NCBI GenBank assembly: GCA_963758915.1 | Contig: CAVWXH010000006.1 | Span: 33,436 to 97,435 of the forward strand | Length of the DNA: 64,000 bases | Source: an uncultured Methanomicrobiales archaeon | GTDB lineage: Archaea; Halobacteriota; Methanomicrobia; Methanomicrobiales; Methanospirillaceae | Reading direction: 5' to 3' | Part shown: positions 10,306 to 19,594 of the stretch, in pieces | Layout: each line of letters starts with the position of its first letter | Position numbering within the stretch: the stretch's first letter is position 1 | The notes under the pieces: generated by a model | Told to the model about the DNA's origin: nothing | Databases searched by the model: none | The model's input: the letters and a program-made list of their open reading frames with translations, nothing else | Position numbers and translations under genes: made by a program

Positions 10306-11087
10306 CGTTTCCCTCTAAACAGGACCTTTGCAAAGCGGTCTACAAACCCGTCTTTTGCGGCCTGAGGGCTTTCCTTAAAAGGCATACCTGCCATATTTGC
10401 GGCGATTCTCCTTAAGGCGACGGATGCACCGGAGTCCGGGTATTTTATCACCACAGGTGTTTTAAATGATGCGGCCTTCCTGATATTCGGGTCTTCCGGA
10501 ATAGTTCCGATCACTTTTACTCCAAGGACTTTCTCCATCTTCTGGCTGACAAAATCAGTTTTTTCAACCCCCGCACGGTTAAGGATGGCTCCCATTACAT
10601 GACCCCCTACAACTTCGGTCAGGATTTTTGTTTTCAGGGCATCCACAATTGAAGAAAGTTCCGGATTAACTACAAGAATAACTTCATCCGCAATTGCAAG
10701 GGGGATAACCCCGTCCCTGCTTATACCCGCTGGTGCATCTATCAGCAGGTAATCACAAAGATTGACCAACTCCTTAAGTGCGTCCTTCAGTTTTTCCGGG
10801 TCAGCCTGCTGGAATCCCTGCAGGGAAATCCCGCTGGGAACAACTTTCAAACCAGCAGGACCTTCGTAAATTGCATCTTTGATGTTTGCCTTACCAGCTA
10901 ACACTTCGTGGAGTGTGATCGGAACATCCTCAAGGCCAAGGACAAGGCCAAGATTCGCCATTCCGATATCAGCATCCATTATAAATGTCTCTTTCCCCAA
11001 TTGGGCAAGGCATGTCCCGAGGTTCACAGTCACCGTGGTCTTTCCTGTTCCACCTTTTCCGGAAGCCAACGTGTAGACTCTGACCAT
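10302..11087 (-). CDS. minD: Archaeal MinD-family ATPase
   Basis: GKGGTGKTT deviant Walker A, DADIGMANL, IDAPAG, C-terminal amphipathic GFVDRFAKVLF. Confidence 0.92.
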   Translation of the reverse strand: MVRVYTLASGKGGTGKTTVTVNLGTCLAQLGKETFIMDADIGMANLGLVLGLEDVPITLHEVLAGKANIKDAIYEGPAGLKVVPSGISLQGFQQADPEKLKDALKELVNLCDYLLIDAPAGISRDGVIPLAIADEVILVVNPELSSIVDALKTKILTEVVGGHVMGAILNRAGVEKTDFVSQKMEKVLGVKVIGTIPEDPNIRKAASFKTPVVIKYPDSGASVALRRIAANMAGMPFKESPQAAKDGFVDRFAKVLFRGKR

Positions 11088-11159
11088 TAAACACCTTCAC
11101 AAGAGTTGCTTAATGTAAATTTATATGCTGGTAATTAAATCCTCTCCCTCTTAGGTACA

Positions 11160-11723
11160 TTATATCCACCAGTTCATGATTTTTTCAGTATCCTTCTTGA
11201 TACTTTCCAATGAACTGTCTGTTATCACATGGTCGGATCGTATGATTCCGATTATCGATGATCCCTTATGGGTGATATCAAATATTCTCATCCCCGGAAC
11301 AGAAGGGACCTCATCTGGTTTTAAGGCCTGGCCATAGTGTGCTGCATCATCCTGCCCACTTTCCCCGGTTGTTGCAATCATCAGACCGTCTGTTGTTGAC
11401 AAGGTTATTGCACCGAGATGGTATTTCGATGCAAGCGCATGGAGATTTCTTGAAATATCCCCGAGGTCCACAAGTTGTACCTTTTCATCCTGTTGTTTTT
11501 TTTCTGCAATGTCCCCATCTTTGATTTCTGCATTATCAGGAAACTGAGTAATAATCTCTGCTGGTGGTTTAATGTCCCAGATTTTAGCTGGCTCTTTTCT
11601 TCCCGCTCTGTGTTTTACCTGGTAAATCTTCATAAATAGCAGGATAATGATAATTGCTGCTATTGCTATGATCAGGATGATGACCGGAATGAATGATATC
11701 TGTCCTTGTAATATCGATTGCAT
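11160..11723 (-). CDS. Membrane-anchored protein with Roadblock-like C-terminal domain
   Basis: N-terminal TM then basic residues; LGAITLSTTDGLMIATT resembles the Roadblock/LC7 beta-hairpin. Confidence 0.6.
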   Translation of the reverse strand: MQSILQGQISFIPVIILIIAIAAIIIILLFMKIYQVKHRAGRKEPAKIWDIKPPAEIITQFPDNAEIKDGDIAEKKQQDEKVQLVDLGDISRNLHALASKYHLGAITLSTTDGLMIATTGESGQDDAAHYGQALKPDEVPSVPGMRIFDITHKGSSIIGIIRSDHVITDSSLESIKKDTEKIMNWWI

Positions 11724-11765
11724 GGTGTCTTCCTGCTTTAGCGCTTGTTTTTCTGGAATTTATTC

Positions 11766-12458
11766 TTAATCTTCTCTCTTATCTATCAGGTGATCAAGGT
11801 CCAGGTGCTCGATGGTGACCTTACAGTTCTCCCGGATTTTTTTGGTCATTTCATCAATGTCCATATTATCGAGAGCCTCCAGGTCTCGGCCAATACTCGT
11901 CCCATCTTCTGCATGCCCATTTTCATTTGCCGGTTGCTCACCGGGAGATTGTGCAGTCCCGGAGGTTGAGACCTGCTCTGCAGCAGGTTTTTCGTTTAAT
12001 ACAGTTTCTGTTCCGTCGTGAAGACCTTTGTTTCCCTGTGGCTCAAAACGTACTTCAGGGACTTGATCTCCGGGAATGCCTTCCTTTTTCCTGATATCCG
12101 GGGTGGTCACCCCCGTTCTGACCTGCCTGGCAGGGCCCCTCCTGACAAAGCTCGGGAGTGCTGCATGCGGGTTAAATTCCCGCGCAAGATCGAGTTGAAC
12201 TGGGTTTAATGTTGTAAGTCCCGCATCGACCTTCATGTCCAGCATCTTTTGCATTTTCTGCCAGGCATGCTCCCCTTCAAGTTTGCCGTAATCTGCAATG
12301 ATATAAATCCCGGAATTGAGTACCAGGGTGCAGGTCTCTATCCCGGAAGTGATCGTGCAATAGCCGGTGAACCTGGTTTTTTCTATCTCATCAAGGAGTG
12401 AACGAAATAGTATTCCTTTCTTTATGGAATGGAATGTGCCCCTTGGGAGTTTCATCAA
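11766..12458 (-). CDS. PATAN/DUF2226-like domain protein with disordered linker and helical C-terminus
   Basis: MKLPRG start, FTGY, LVLNSG..IIA..LEGEHAW pattern. Confidence 0.65.
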   Translation of the reverse strand: MMKLPRGTFHSIKKGILFRSLLDEIEKTRFTGYCTITSGIETCTLVLNSGIYIIADYGKLEGEHAWQKMQKMLDMKVDAGLTTLNPVQLDLAREFNPHAALPSFVRRGPARQVRTGVTTPDIRKKEGIPGDQVPEVRFEPQGNKGLHDGTETVLNEKPAAEQVSTSGTAQSPGEQPANENGHAEDGTSIGRDLEALDNMDIDEMTKKIRENCKVTIEHLDLDHLIDKRED

Positions 12459-12583
12459 TAAGAGATATACAACGGCATATTACATAGTCCTTTTTAACAC
12501 AAGGTGTTTTAGGGGTTTTAATCACGGTGAAAAGAAAGAATTATCCAAGTACCCTTTTATCCCCAGATTGATGATTAAATAAC

Positions 12584-13675
12584 GGCTGGTATGAAAAACT
12601 CCGGCAAAACAATCTGAAAGACCACCTTTTTCATGCCCATCTATGAGCCAGAGGCTCATAGCACGCTCTGTAGAAATCATATCTTTGAGCAAAAATTGAC
12701 CTGATCGACCGAAAAAGCTAAGATACAGTGCCTCCTTACCTTGTTATGCTACTAACCCATAAGGAGGTAAAATAATGTCATCAAACCGGTGTATTCAGGT
12801 TTGTTGAATTATCGTCAGGTTTGATCAAAGATACGAGGATTCCACTTTATTCCTCAAAATATTCAAAACGGACTTACAATCAGCATCAATTGCTCATCCT
12901 CCTGCTTTTAAAAGTATATCTCTCTGAAAATTATCGGGATTCTGTCGAACTCCTGGAAACCATGGAGACATTAAAAGAGACAATCAACCTTAAAGAAATA
13001 CCTCATTTTACGACGCTTCAGAAGTTCTGCCAAAGTATACGATCAATTACCTTCACCGTTTTAATGAACCGGCTTATCAAAATGTTTTACGACTGGGGAG
13101 AACGAATTGCCTGCACCGCTATCGATTCATCCGGGTTCACAAGCTCATATGCCAGCCATTACTACTCCATCAGAACAGGAAATATCAGGAAAAGATTTCT
13201 TAAAACCTCAATCTCTATTGATAGCGACCGACAGATAATCACCGGTCTGAAAATAACCCAACATCACGTACACGATGTCCTCCACGCTGAAAAACTCCTG
13301 AAACAATGCCATAGAACCAGAAAATCTGAACTCTATGTTATGGACAAGGGATACGATTCAGAGGAGGTTCATCACCAGATCCGGGATACTATGGACTCAA
13401 TCTCTCTTATCCCGATACGTGAAAGAAAAAGAAAGCGGATTTCCGGTCATTACAGAAGAAAAATAATGATTTCATTCGAGTCTGATCTATACCATCAACG
13501 AAACAAGGTTGAAACCGTGTTCTCCGTATTGAAAAGAAAGTTCGCTGAAGCCCTTAAGGCGCGGAAATACCGACTTCAGGTTAAGGAAATAAAAATCAAA
13601 GCGATCCTCTATAACATCCCAAGAGCGATGACCTATTTTTTTATTCTTATTGTAATTGAGGAATTCTACAGAGCC
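12584..13675 (+). mobile_element. IS5-like insertion sequence with 8-bp target duplication
   Basis: TAAATAAC at 12576-12583 and 13676-13683; GCTCTGTAGAA at 12665 is the inverted repeat of TTCTACAGAGC(C) ending 13675; DDE transposase inside. Confidence 0.92.
12641..12661. repeat. Perfect 9-bp hairpin CTATGAGCC-AGA-GGCTCATAG
   Basis: Read directly; second copy at 19310-19330 with one G.T pair. Confidence 0.9.
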
Positions 13676-13678
13676 TAA
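12775..13678 (+). pseudogene. IS5-family DDE transposase, apparently frameshifted near the 5' end
   Basis: [25 protein letters not shown] motifs; ATG 12775 behind AAGGAGGT stops after 10 codons while the transposase continues in the +1 frame (ORF track start TTG 12821). Confidence 0.75.
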
Positions 13679-13774
13679 ATAACCTTGAATTAAAATAATG
13701 TTAGGAAACATATTTATCATCGTATACCAGAAATTCAGTTTAAATAGAGATGGTTTATATCGGGGAGATTCGGA

Positions 13775-14122
13775 ATGTTAAAGCAGATACTGGGTGAGTT
13801 CCTTAAGGTGGAGGGTGTTTCCGCAGCAGTCGTCGTTGGAAGAGATGGATTTGTGATAGAGAGTGCAATATCCGGAAAAATCGATATTGATGCATTAGGT
13901 GCAATGGCATCCACCGGCATGGGTACTTCGGAAGCCATGGGGAATGAGCTTGGTAAAGGGAACCTCGATCAGATGCTTGTAGAGCTTGAAAAAGGACCAA
14001 TCATTTTATCACCTCTTTCCTCAGATGAATTAATCGCAATAGTGGCAGATTCTACTGCCAATGTAGGAAGGATCAGGTACGAGTTGAAGAAGAACAAAGA
14101 ACGACTGATGGCTGCCCTATAA
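13775..14122 (+). CDS. Roadblock/LC7 (MglB-like) protein
   Basis: GVSAAVVVGRDGFVIES..DALGAM..LDQMLVELEKG..NVGRIRY; 115 aa single domain. Confidence 0.92.
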   Translation: MLKQILGEFLKVEGVSAAVVVGRDGFVIESAISGKIDIDALGAMASTGMGTSEAMGNELGKGNLDQMLVELEKGPIILSPLSSDELIAIVADSTANVGRIRYELKKNKERLMAAL

Positions 14123-14126
14123 TAAC

Positions 14127-14795
14127 ATGAATCTGCCGGAAGGGACCCATCTCGGGTATATCAATAATCCGCTTCAGGATACGGATGTGCAGCGGATAAT
14201 AGGCCATATAGGGCTGATAAAAACTACTGCTCAACAGGGTGAAGGGATCATCCTGATTGACAAGGGTAAAATAATTGCCGCTTCATTTACGTCAGGGGAT
14301 AAACTCTATTATGGTAACGGAGCGCTTGAAGTTATCAATGCGACCTCCCCGGAGAAGATGGAGCTTAACAGTTATACTGCAGATGAATACCAGGTTGCAG
14401 TGGAAATATGCCGGAATGAAAATCTTCTGCTCCAGGATGAAACCCATATACCCACAATCCCCGATCTTCTCGATGAGAGCGTACTGAGAAAAATTCTGGT
14501 CCAGCCGGGAGTGATCGCCGTATCGGCATTTTCAGAGGGGTTTTCAGTCCAGTCCCTTGGTAAAGCAGACTTTGACCAGGTTGCAGCGATGGCTGAAGAC
14601 CTGCTCAGGGCAGGAATAAAAATTGCAAAGGATATGAAAATTGGCCTGATCGACCAGATCATACTTGAAACAAATTCCGGGAAAATAATTATTGCTCCGT
14701 ATGGTGACCTGTTCCTCTGTGTTTTTACCGGGCCTGATGCAAACATAGGCCTGATACGGGTGGTCCTGAAGAGTATCCAGAGCGATGTCAGGTGA
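14127..14795 (+). CDS. PATAN/DUF2226-like domain fused to Roadblock/LC7 domain
   Basis: MNLPEG, IILIDKGKIIAA..YGNGAL; C-domain PGVIAVSAFSEG..DQIILET..ANIGLIR. Confidence 0.8.
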   Translation: MNLPEGTHLGYINNPLQDTDVQRIIGHIGLIKTTAQQGEGIILIDKGKIIAASFTSGDKLYYGNGALEVINATSPEKMELNSYTADEYQVAVEICRNENLLLQDETHIPTIPDLLDESVLRKILVQPGVIAVSAFSEGFSVQSLGKADFDQVAAMAEDLLRAGIKIAKDMKIGLIDQIILETNSGKIIIAPYGDLFLCVFTGPDANIGLIRVVLKSIQSDVR

Positions 14796-14912
14796 GATGG
14801 TGTGCTTTTGGTGGATCGGTTCTTCTTCTCCGGAGGGGTAATTATTTGAAGGTAGTGAAGGAAGATCCTTTTAATAATATAGCTCAGCGAATATCATCAA
14901 TGCTACACAACA

Positions 14913-17201
14913 ATGAATGATGATGAACTTGAGGAACAGGGGTTCCTGAAAAAAATTCTGGCGGCGAAGAAAGGTACTGGTAAGGCAGACCCCCCTTTAA
15001 AACCCGATGCAGAGACGAAGACGAATGATGTGACAGACATCGATGCTTTAATGAAACGTATCGGGGTCCAGAATGTCATTACTCCCCCCTCAGTGCCATC
15101 ACCCCCGGCACCATCCGGTCAGGTGGGTGCGGGAAAGGAAATCCCAGATGCAACAAGAATAGCTGTACCAGTATCCTCCCCTCCCAAACAACCCCCCTCG
15201 TCCGATTCCCCGCCCATTATGCAGTCTCCTCCCGCAGAACAACCTATTACGCACCTCGTAAACAGTGGACCTGCCCCGGTGACACGAGCTGCTGCAGCCA
15301 GGCCCGCGACTCCGGATACCCCGGTACCGGCTGTGAACGCTGCAAAGACGATGTGGTCTGATGATATTTCCGAACAGGATGAAAAAATTGTCAGCTTCGA
15401 CCAGATCAAGGGAATTAGTGGACTAATTCTCCCGAAAGGTGTGACGTTTGAGATAGACGAGGTACAGCTGAAGGGCCGCGCCTCGCGATTTACCATGGCA
15501 GACGGTAGTGTTCCCGAGGAGATCGATAAGATATGGCAGGCCGGACTCCCGTCAGGTGGCCTCTCCAGCATACAAATTGACCATGATGGGGATGGTTCTG
15601 CAGCTGCTGAAAAGGGTGGTTTCCGTAATAAATTCAACCTGTTCAAACTCATCAGGCATGAGACCGTGGAATACAACCCGAAAATCCACGGCCCGCTCAT
15701 AGATCTTGTAATGAAGCCAAGAGCTGGTGTTGAGGAGCTGGAGTTTTATCCTGTCAATGAGCCTTACGCCTATATCCGGGTCGTATATGACAATTCCACG
15801 CATGAGTACACCTATACCGTGCTTGAACCTGTCCTTTCGCCAGCGGAACTGGACCTTTTCTCAGAATTAAAAGAACGGATCTTTGAAAGACTTGATGTTA
15901 ATTCAAGGGATATTGTTCCCGAATTTGCAAGAAATACGCTTAAAAAAGTGACGGATGACATCATTGCAGATTATGGTCTTACCCTGACTCCAGTGCAGAG
16001 GGCAAAAATTCTCTATAATATGGAGAAGGAATTCCTCGGCCAGGGCCTGATTGACCCCATTATGCATGACAAATATATTGAGGATATCTCATGTGATGGT
16101 GTAAATTCGTCAATATTTGTCTACCATGCCCGCTATGAGTCAATGAAATCCAACGTGATATTCACTAACGCAGAAGACCTTGACTCATTTGTGACAAAAC
16201 TCGCCCAGAGGGCAGGGAAATATATCTCGATTGCTGAACCTATGCTCGATGCAACAATGAGCGACGGCTCCCGTATTCAGATGACGCTGGGCCAGGAAGT
16301 AACGGCACATGGGTCTACCTTCACTATCCGTAAATTCAGGGAAGAACCAATCACCCCTACAGACCTGATCGAATGGCATACTTTTTCTCCCCTTTCAATC
16401 GCCTTTCTCTGGCTTGCGGTGGAAACGGGGAAATCCCTGCTCCTCGCCGGTGGGACTGCATCTGGAAAGACAACAGCGCTGAACGCGATTGCGTTGTTCA
16501 TCCCTCCACTTGCCAAGATTGTCACCCTTGAGGATACAAGGGAATTAAAACTCCCGCATCCGAACTGGATCCCAAGTATTACAAGGGCATCGTTCGACTC
16601 TGAAGGCAAGGGGGAGATCGATATGTATGAACTCCTTCGGGCCGCACTCCGTCAGCGACCGGAGTACATCCTCGTTGGTGAAGTACGTGGAAAAGAGGCC
16701 CAGACCCTCTTCCAGGCGATGAGTACCGGGCACGTGACCTATTCAACAATACATGCAGATTCGGTTGCGAGTGTAGTCCACAGGATTGAAAACCCCCCGC
16801 TTGATGTCCCGAGAAATATGCTGTCCGCTCTCGACCTTGTCTGTGTCCAGGTTCAGGCACGGGTTGGTGGCCAGAGGATACGGCGCAATAAACAGATCAT
16901 CGAGATCCTCGATATTGATCCACGCACGAATGAGTTGATCACGAACGAAGTGTTCAAATGGAGACAGTCAACAGATGAAATTACCTATTCAGGTAAATCC
17001 TTCATATTAGAAGAGATCATGGAAGAGAGGGGATGGAATGAGGAGCGGATCAGGGAAGAACTCAAGAGAAGGCAGGAAGTCCTCGAGTGGATGCGCATCA
17101 AGAAAATCCGGCATTTCAGGGATGTCTCCAATATCCTTGTTTCGTATTTCAGGGATTCGGAAGCTGTGATACAAAAAGTAAGGGCTGAGCTGTATGAATA
17201 G
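14913..17201 (+). CDS. Type IV pilus/secretion assembly ATPase (FlaI/PilB family)
   Basis: IEDISCDG, FTIRKF, GGTASGKTT, LEDTREL, ALRQRPEYILVGEVRG, TGH..STIHA. Confidence 0.95.
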   Translation: MNDDELEEQGFLKKILAAKKGTGKADPPLKPDAETKTNDVTDIDALMKRIGVQNVITPPSVPSPPAPSGQVGAGKEIPDATRIAVPVSSPPKQPPSSDSPPIMQSPPAEQPITHLVNSGPAPVTRAAAARPATPDTPVPAVNAAKTMWSDDISEQDEKIVSFDQIKGISGLILPKGVTFEIDEVQLKGRASRFTMADGSVPEEIDKIWQAGLPSGGLSSIQIDHDGDGSAAAEKGGFRNKFNLFKLIRHETVEYNPKIHGPLIDLVMKPRAGVEELEFYPVNEPYAYIRVVYDNSTHEYTYTVLEPVLSPAELDLFSELKERIFERLDVNSRDIVPEFARNTLKKVTDDIIADYGLTLTPVQRAKILYNMEKEFLGQGLIDPIMHDKYIEDISCDGVNSSIFVYHARYESMKSNVIFTNAEDLDSFVTKLAQRAGKYISIAEPMLDATMSDGSRIQMTLGQEVTAHGSTFTIRKFREEPITPTDLIEWHTFSPLSIAFLWLAVETGKSLLLAGGTASGKTTALNAIALFIPPLAKIVTLEDTRELKLPHPNWIPSITRASFDSEGKGEIDMYELLRAALRQRPEYILVGEVRGKEAQTLFQAMSTGHVTYSTIHADSVASVVHRIENPPLDVPRNMLSALDLVCVQVQARVGGQRIRRNKQIIEILDIDPRTNELITNEVFKWRQSTDEITYSGKSFILEEIMEERGWNEERIREELKRRQEVLEWMRIKKIRHFRDVSNILVSYFRDSEAVIQKVRAELYE

Positions 17202-18117
17202 TTACGAACGCTTCTGCTTCAACCTTCTCGGAAAAAGAGTAAAAACCAGGCGTGAAAAATATTCGGAATTACGAAAAGATCTGCTTTCCGCCCGAATACA
17301 AAATCCCTTCGAGGTATATCTCTCAACAGCTATTGTGACCTCAGTCCTTGTAGGGCTTCTTGCAGCAGTTGGCATCGGAACGATCACCTATTTTTTTCAA
17401 TTGACAAAACTCGTCACCTATCGTGGAGCTGTCCCGGATGCACTCGTACCTGTTGCGAATTATAGTCTTTTCCTCGGGACCGTTGCGGTAACTATTATAT
17501 CTCTCCTGGTTTTTGGAGGGCTGACATATCTGATCTACAACCTCTATCCTGCAATGATCGCCGGAAACAGGCGAAGGAATATCGACGCAACCCTTCCATA
17601 CGCGATTAATTACATCACAGCGATGTCTACAGCGGGTATTCCCCCAGCTGAGATTTTCCGCCAGCTGGCAGACAGTAAAATATACGGCGAAAGCTCTGTA
17701 GAAGCCCGGTATATTGTGCGGGAAATTGACATGTTCGGAAAAGACCTCATTGATGCCCTTAGAATTACTTCTGTTTCCACGCCAAGCATGAGGATGAAGG
17801 AATTTATTCAGGGTGCGATGGGAAGCATCTCGAGTGGCAGTAACCTTACCGTTTATTTCCGGACAAAAGCCGAGCAGTATTCGGTCGAAAACCGCCAGAC
17901 CCAGAAACTCTTCCTTGATACCCTTGGTCTTATTGCGGAGTCGTATGTGACGGCGATGGTCGCAGGGCCTCTTTTCCTGATTATTCTCCAGTCAATTATG
18001 TCGGTCATCGGAAACAATGCGAATCCTATCTTTCTCTTTGTGATCATCTACATGATGATCCCGTTGGGGAGTATCATGTTCGTCATTATGATCAGTGCGA
18101 TGACTCCGGAGGGTTGA
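17194..18117 (+). CDS. Pilus platform membrane protein (T2SS-F/TadC/FlaJ-like)
   Basis: RRRNIDATLPYA..MSTAGIPP..G.DLIDALR..TPS; overlaps ATPase stop. Confidence 0.9.
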   Translation: MNSYERFCFNLLGKRVKTRREKYSELRKDLLSARIQNPFEVYLSTAIVTSVLVGLLAAVGIGTITYFFQLTKLVTYRGAVPDALVPVANYSLFLGTVAVTIISLLVFGGLTYLIYNLYPAMIAGNRRRNIDATLPYAINYITAMSTAGIPPAEIFRQLADSKIYGESSVEARYIVREIDMFGKDLIDALRITSVSTPSMRMKEFIQGAMGSISSGSNLTVYFRTKAEQYSVENRQTQKLFLDTLGLIAESYVTAMVAGPLFLIILQSIMSVIGNNANPIFLFVIIYMMIPLGSIMFVIMISAMTPEG

Positions 18118-18118
18118 A

Positions 18119-19147
18119 ATGAGCTGGAAAGATAAAATTCCGGGGTTTGGAGGAAAAAAAGGCCTTTCTGAAGATATACCTGGAAAACGTGTCAGTTATT
18201 CTGCTGATGCGGAACGTGAAATTGAAGAAAAGCTCGAATATGATCGCGCTCACAGGATGGGGTTTGGCCGGTTCATCAGGCATCCCCTGAAGGTGCTTAT
18301 TGAAAAGCCGATTAATATTCTCATCGTGTGCTTACCCGTTTCCCTGCTGTTCTTCCTCATCGGTACCGCGACCATGATCCGGCAGTATGGCCTGCCAGTG
18401 ATGTTCACGACAACAATTATTGATGATATCGCGGTCATTTCAATCCTTATTGCCATCGGACCCCTGGCAATTCTCTACACAAGGGAATCAAAACGAATTA
18501 ACAATCTCGAGGAAGCGCTCCCCAATTTCTTCCGTGATCTCGCTGGTATGAACGACAGCGGTATGACGCTCCCCAACGCGGTCCACCTCGTTTCTGCTGG
18601 TGAATATAGTACGCTTACACCCTACATTCGTAAGATGGACAGCGAAATGTCCTGGAATGTGCCATTTGTCGACGCAATGTACCGTTTCGGCCAACGACTG
18701 CGTACCCCCCTTGCAGACAGGAGTGTCGACCTGATTGCGAAGGCCAGCAGGGCGGGAGGAGATGCCAGCGAAGTGCTCCGGGCCGCGGCAAATGACACCT
18801 ATGAATTTGTGAAGCTGAAAACCGAACGGAACAACAACATGATGATCTATGTCGTTATTGTGCTTGTATCGTTCCTGGTGTTCCTGTTTGTTATTTTTAT
18901 ACTGGTCACGACATTTCTTACCACGATGGCAACCGCAGCCCAGGCAGGGGGGCCAGGCGGCCCACAGTTTATAAAAAACCTGAATCTTTTCTTTTACAAG
19001 AGGTTATTTGCCCATGCCGCCATGATCCAGGGAATATTTTCAGGGCTCGTCGCCGGGCAGATGGGTGAAGGCAGCGCAATTGCAGGCCTCAAATATTCGG
19101 CAATCATGTTGCTGATTGCATGGATTGCGTTCCGGTTCTTTGTATAA
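18119..19147 (+). CDS. Second pilus platform membrane protein (T2SS-F/TadC-like)
   Basis: LEEALPNFFRDLA..SGMTL..ASRAGG..GLVAGQMGEG..AGLKY. Confidence 0.9.
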   Translation: MSWKDKIPGFGGKKGLSEDIPGKRVSYSADAEREIEEKLEYDRAHRMGFGRFIRHPLKVLIEKPINILIVCLPVSLLFFLIGTATMIRQYGLPVMFTTTIIDDIAVISILIAIGPLAILYTRESKRINNLEEALPNFFRDLAGMNDSGMTLPNAVHLVSAGEYSTLTPYIRKMDSEMSWNVPFVDAMYRFGQRLRTPLADRSVDLIAKASRAGGDASEVLRAAANDTYEFVKLKTERNNNMMIYVVIVLVSFLVFLFVIFILVTTFLTTMATAAQAGGPGGPQFIKNLNLFFYKRLFAHAAMIQGIFSGLVAGQMGEGSAIAGLKYSAIMLLIAWIAFRFFV

Positions 19148-19253
19148 CCGGAACATTTCCTGCAGGATAACACATGGGAAATAAATCCCGTGTGAGATTC
19201 AACCCCTGGGATCAATTTTATACAGGGAAATATCGTGAAGAGTTGGTTTTTCC

Positions 19254-19594
19254 GGCTGGTATGAAAAACTACGGCAAAACTATCAAAATGCCAATTTTTT
19301 CATGTGAATCTATGAGCCAGAGGCTCGTAGCACGCTCTGTTGAAACCCTTCGGTGTCAAAAAAAATAAGAGGGAAATACGAAGACAGGAGGGGGTTTCAC
19401 CCCCTCCCTGCCCCACCCCCATTAAGATATTCTTCGGGCAGGGTTTCCCGAAGGCTCATTAAATTCAGAGTATTGGGGGATAGTCTCTATCCCAACCAGG
19501 GTCGCATAAGCACCGGGCCATGAACCCCGGGAGCGTAACGAAATTTAGGAATTCCCAATCTGCAAGATATATTTGAGAGGGTTTCAACAGAGCC
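19254..19594 (+). mobile_element. 341-bp MITE with IS5-like ends and 8-bp target duplication
   Basis: GTTTTTCC at 19246-19253 and 19595-19602; GCTCTGTTGAAACCCT at 19334 is the perfect inverted repeat of AGGGTTTCAACAGAGC near 19594; no transposase. Confidence 0.9.

Noticed and set aside
9815-10318. 167-aa ORF and very AT-rich stretch (possible origin unwinding element)
   Set aside because: Low-complexity translation antisense to a better gene; no ORB repeats or cdc6
11640-11723. QG/QISF plus hydrophobic run resembling a class III (pilin) signal peptide
   Set aside because: No basic residue at -2, no +5 Glu, and basic residues after the helix imply a cytoplasmic C-domain
19174-19368. 64-aa ORF
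   Set aside because: Runs across the MITE boundary; likely chance
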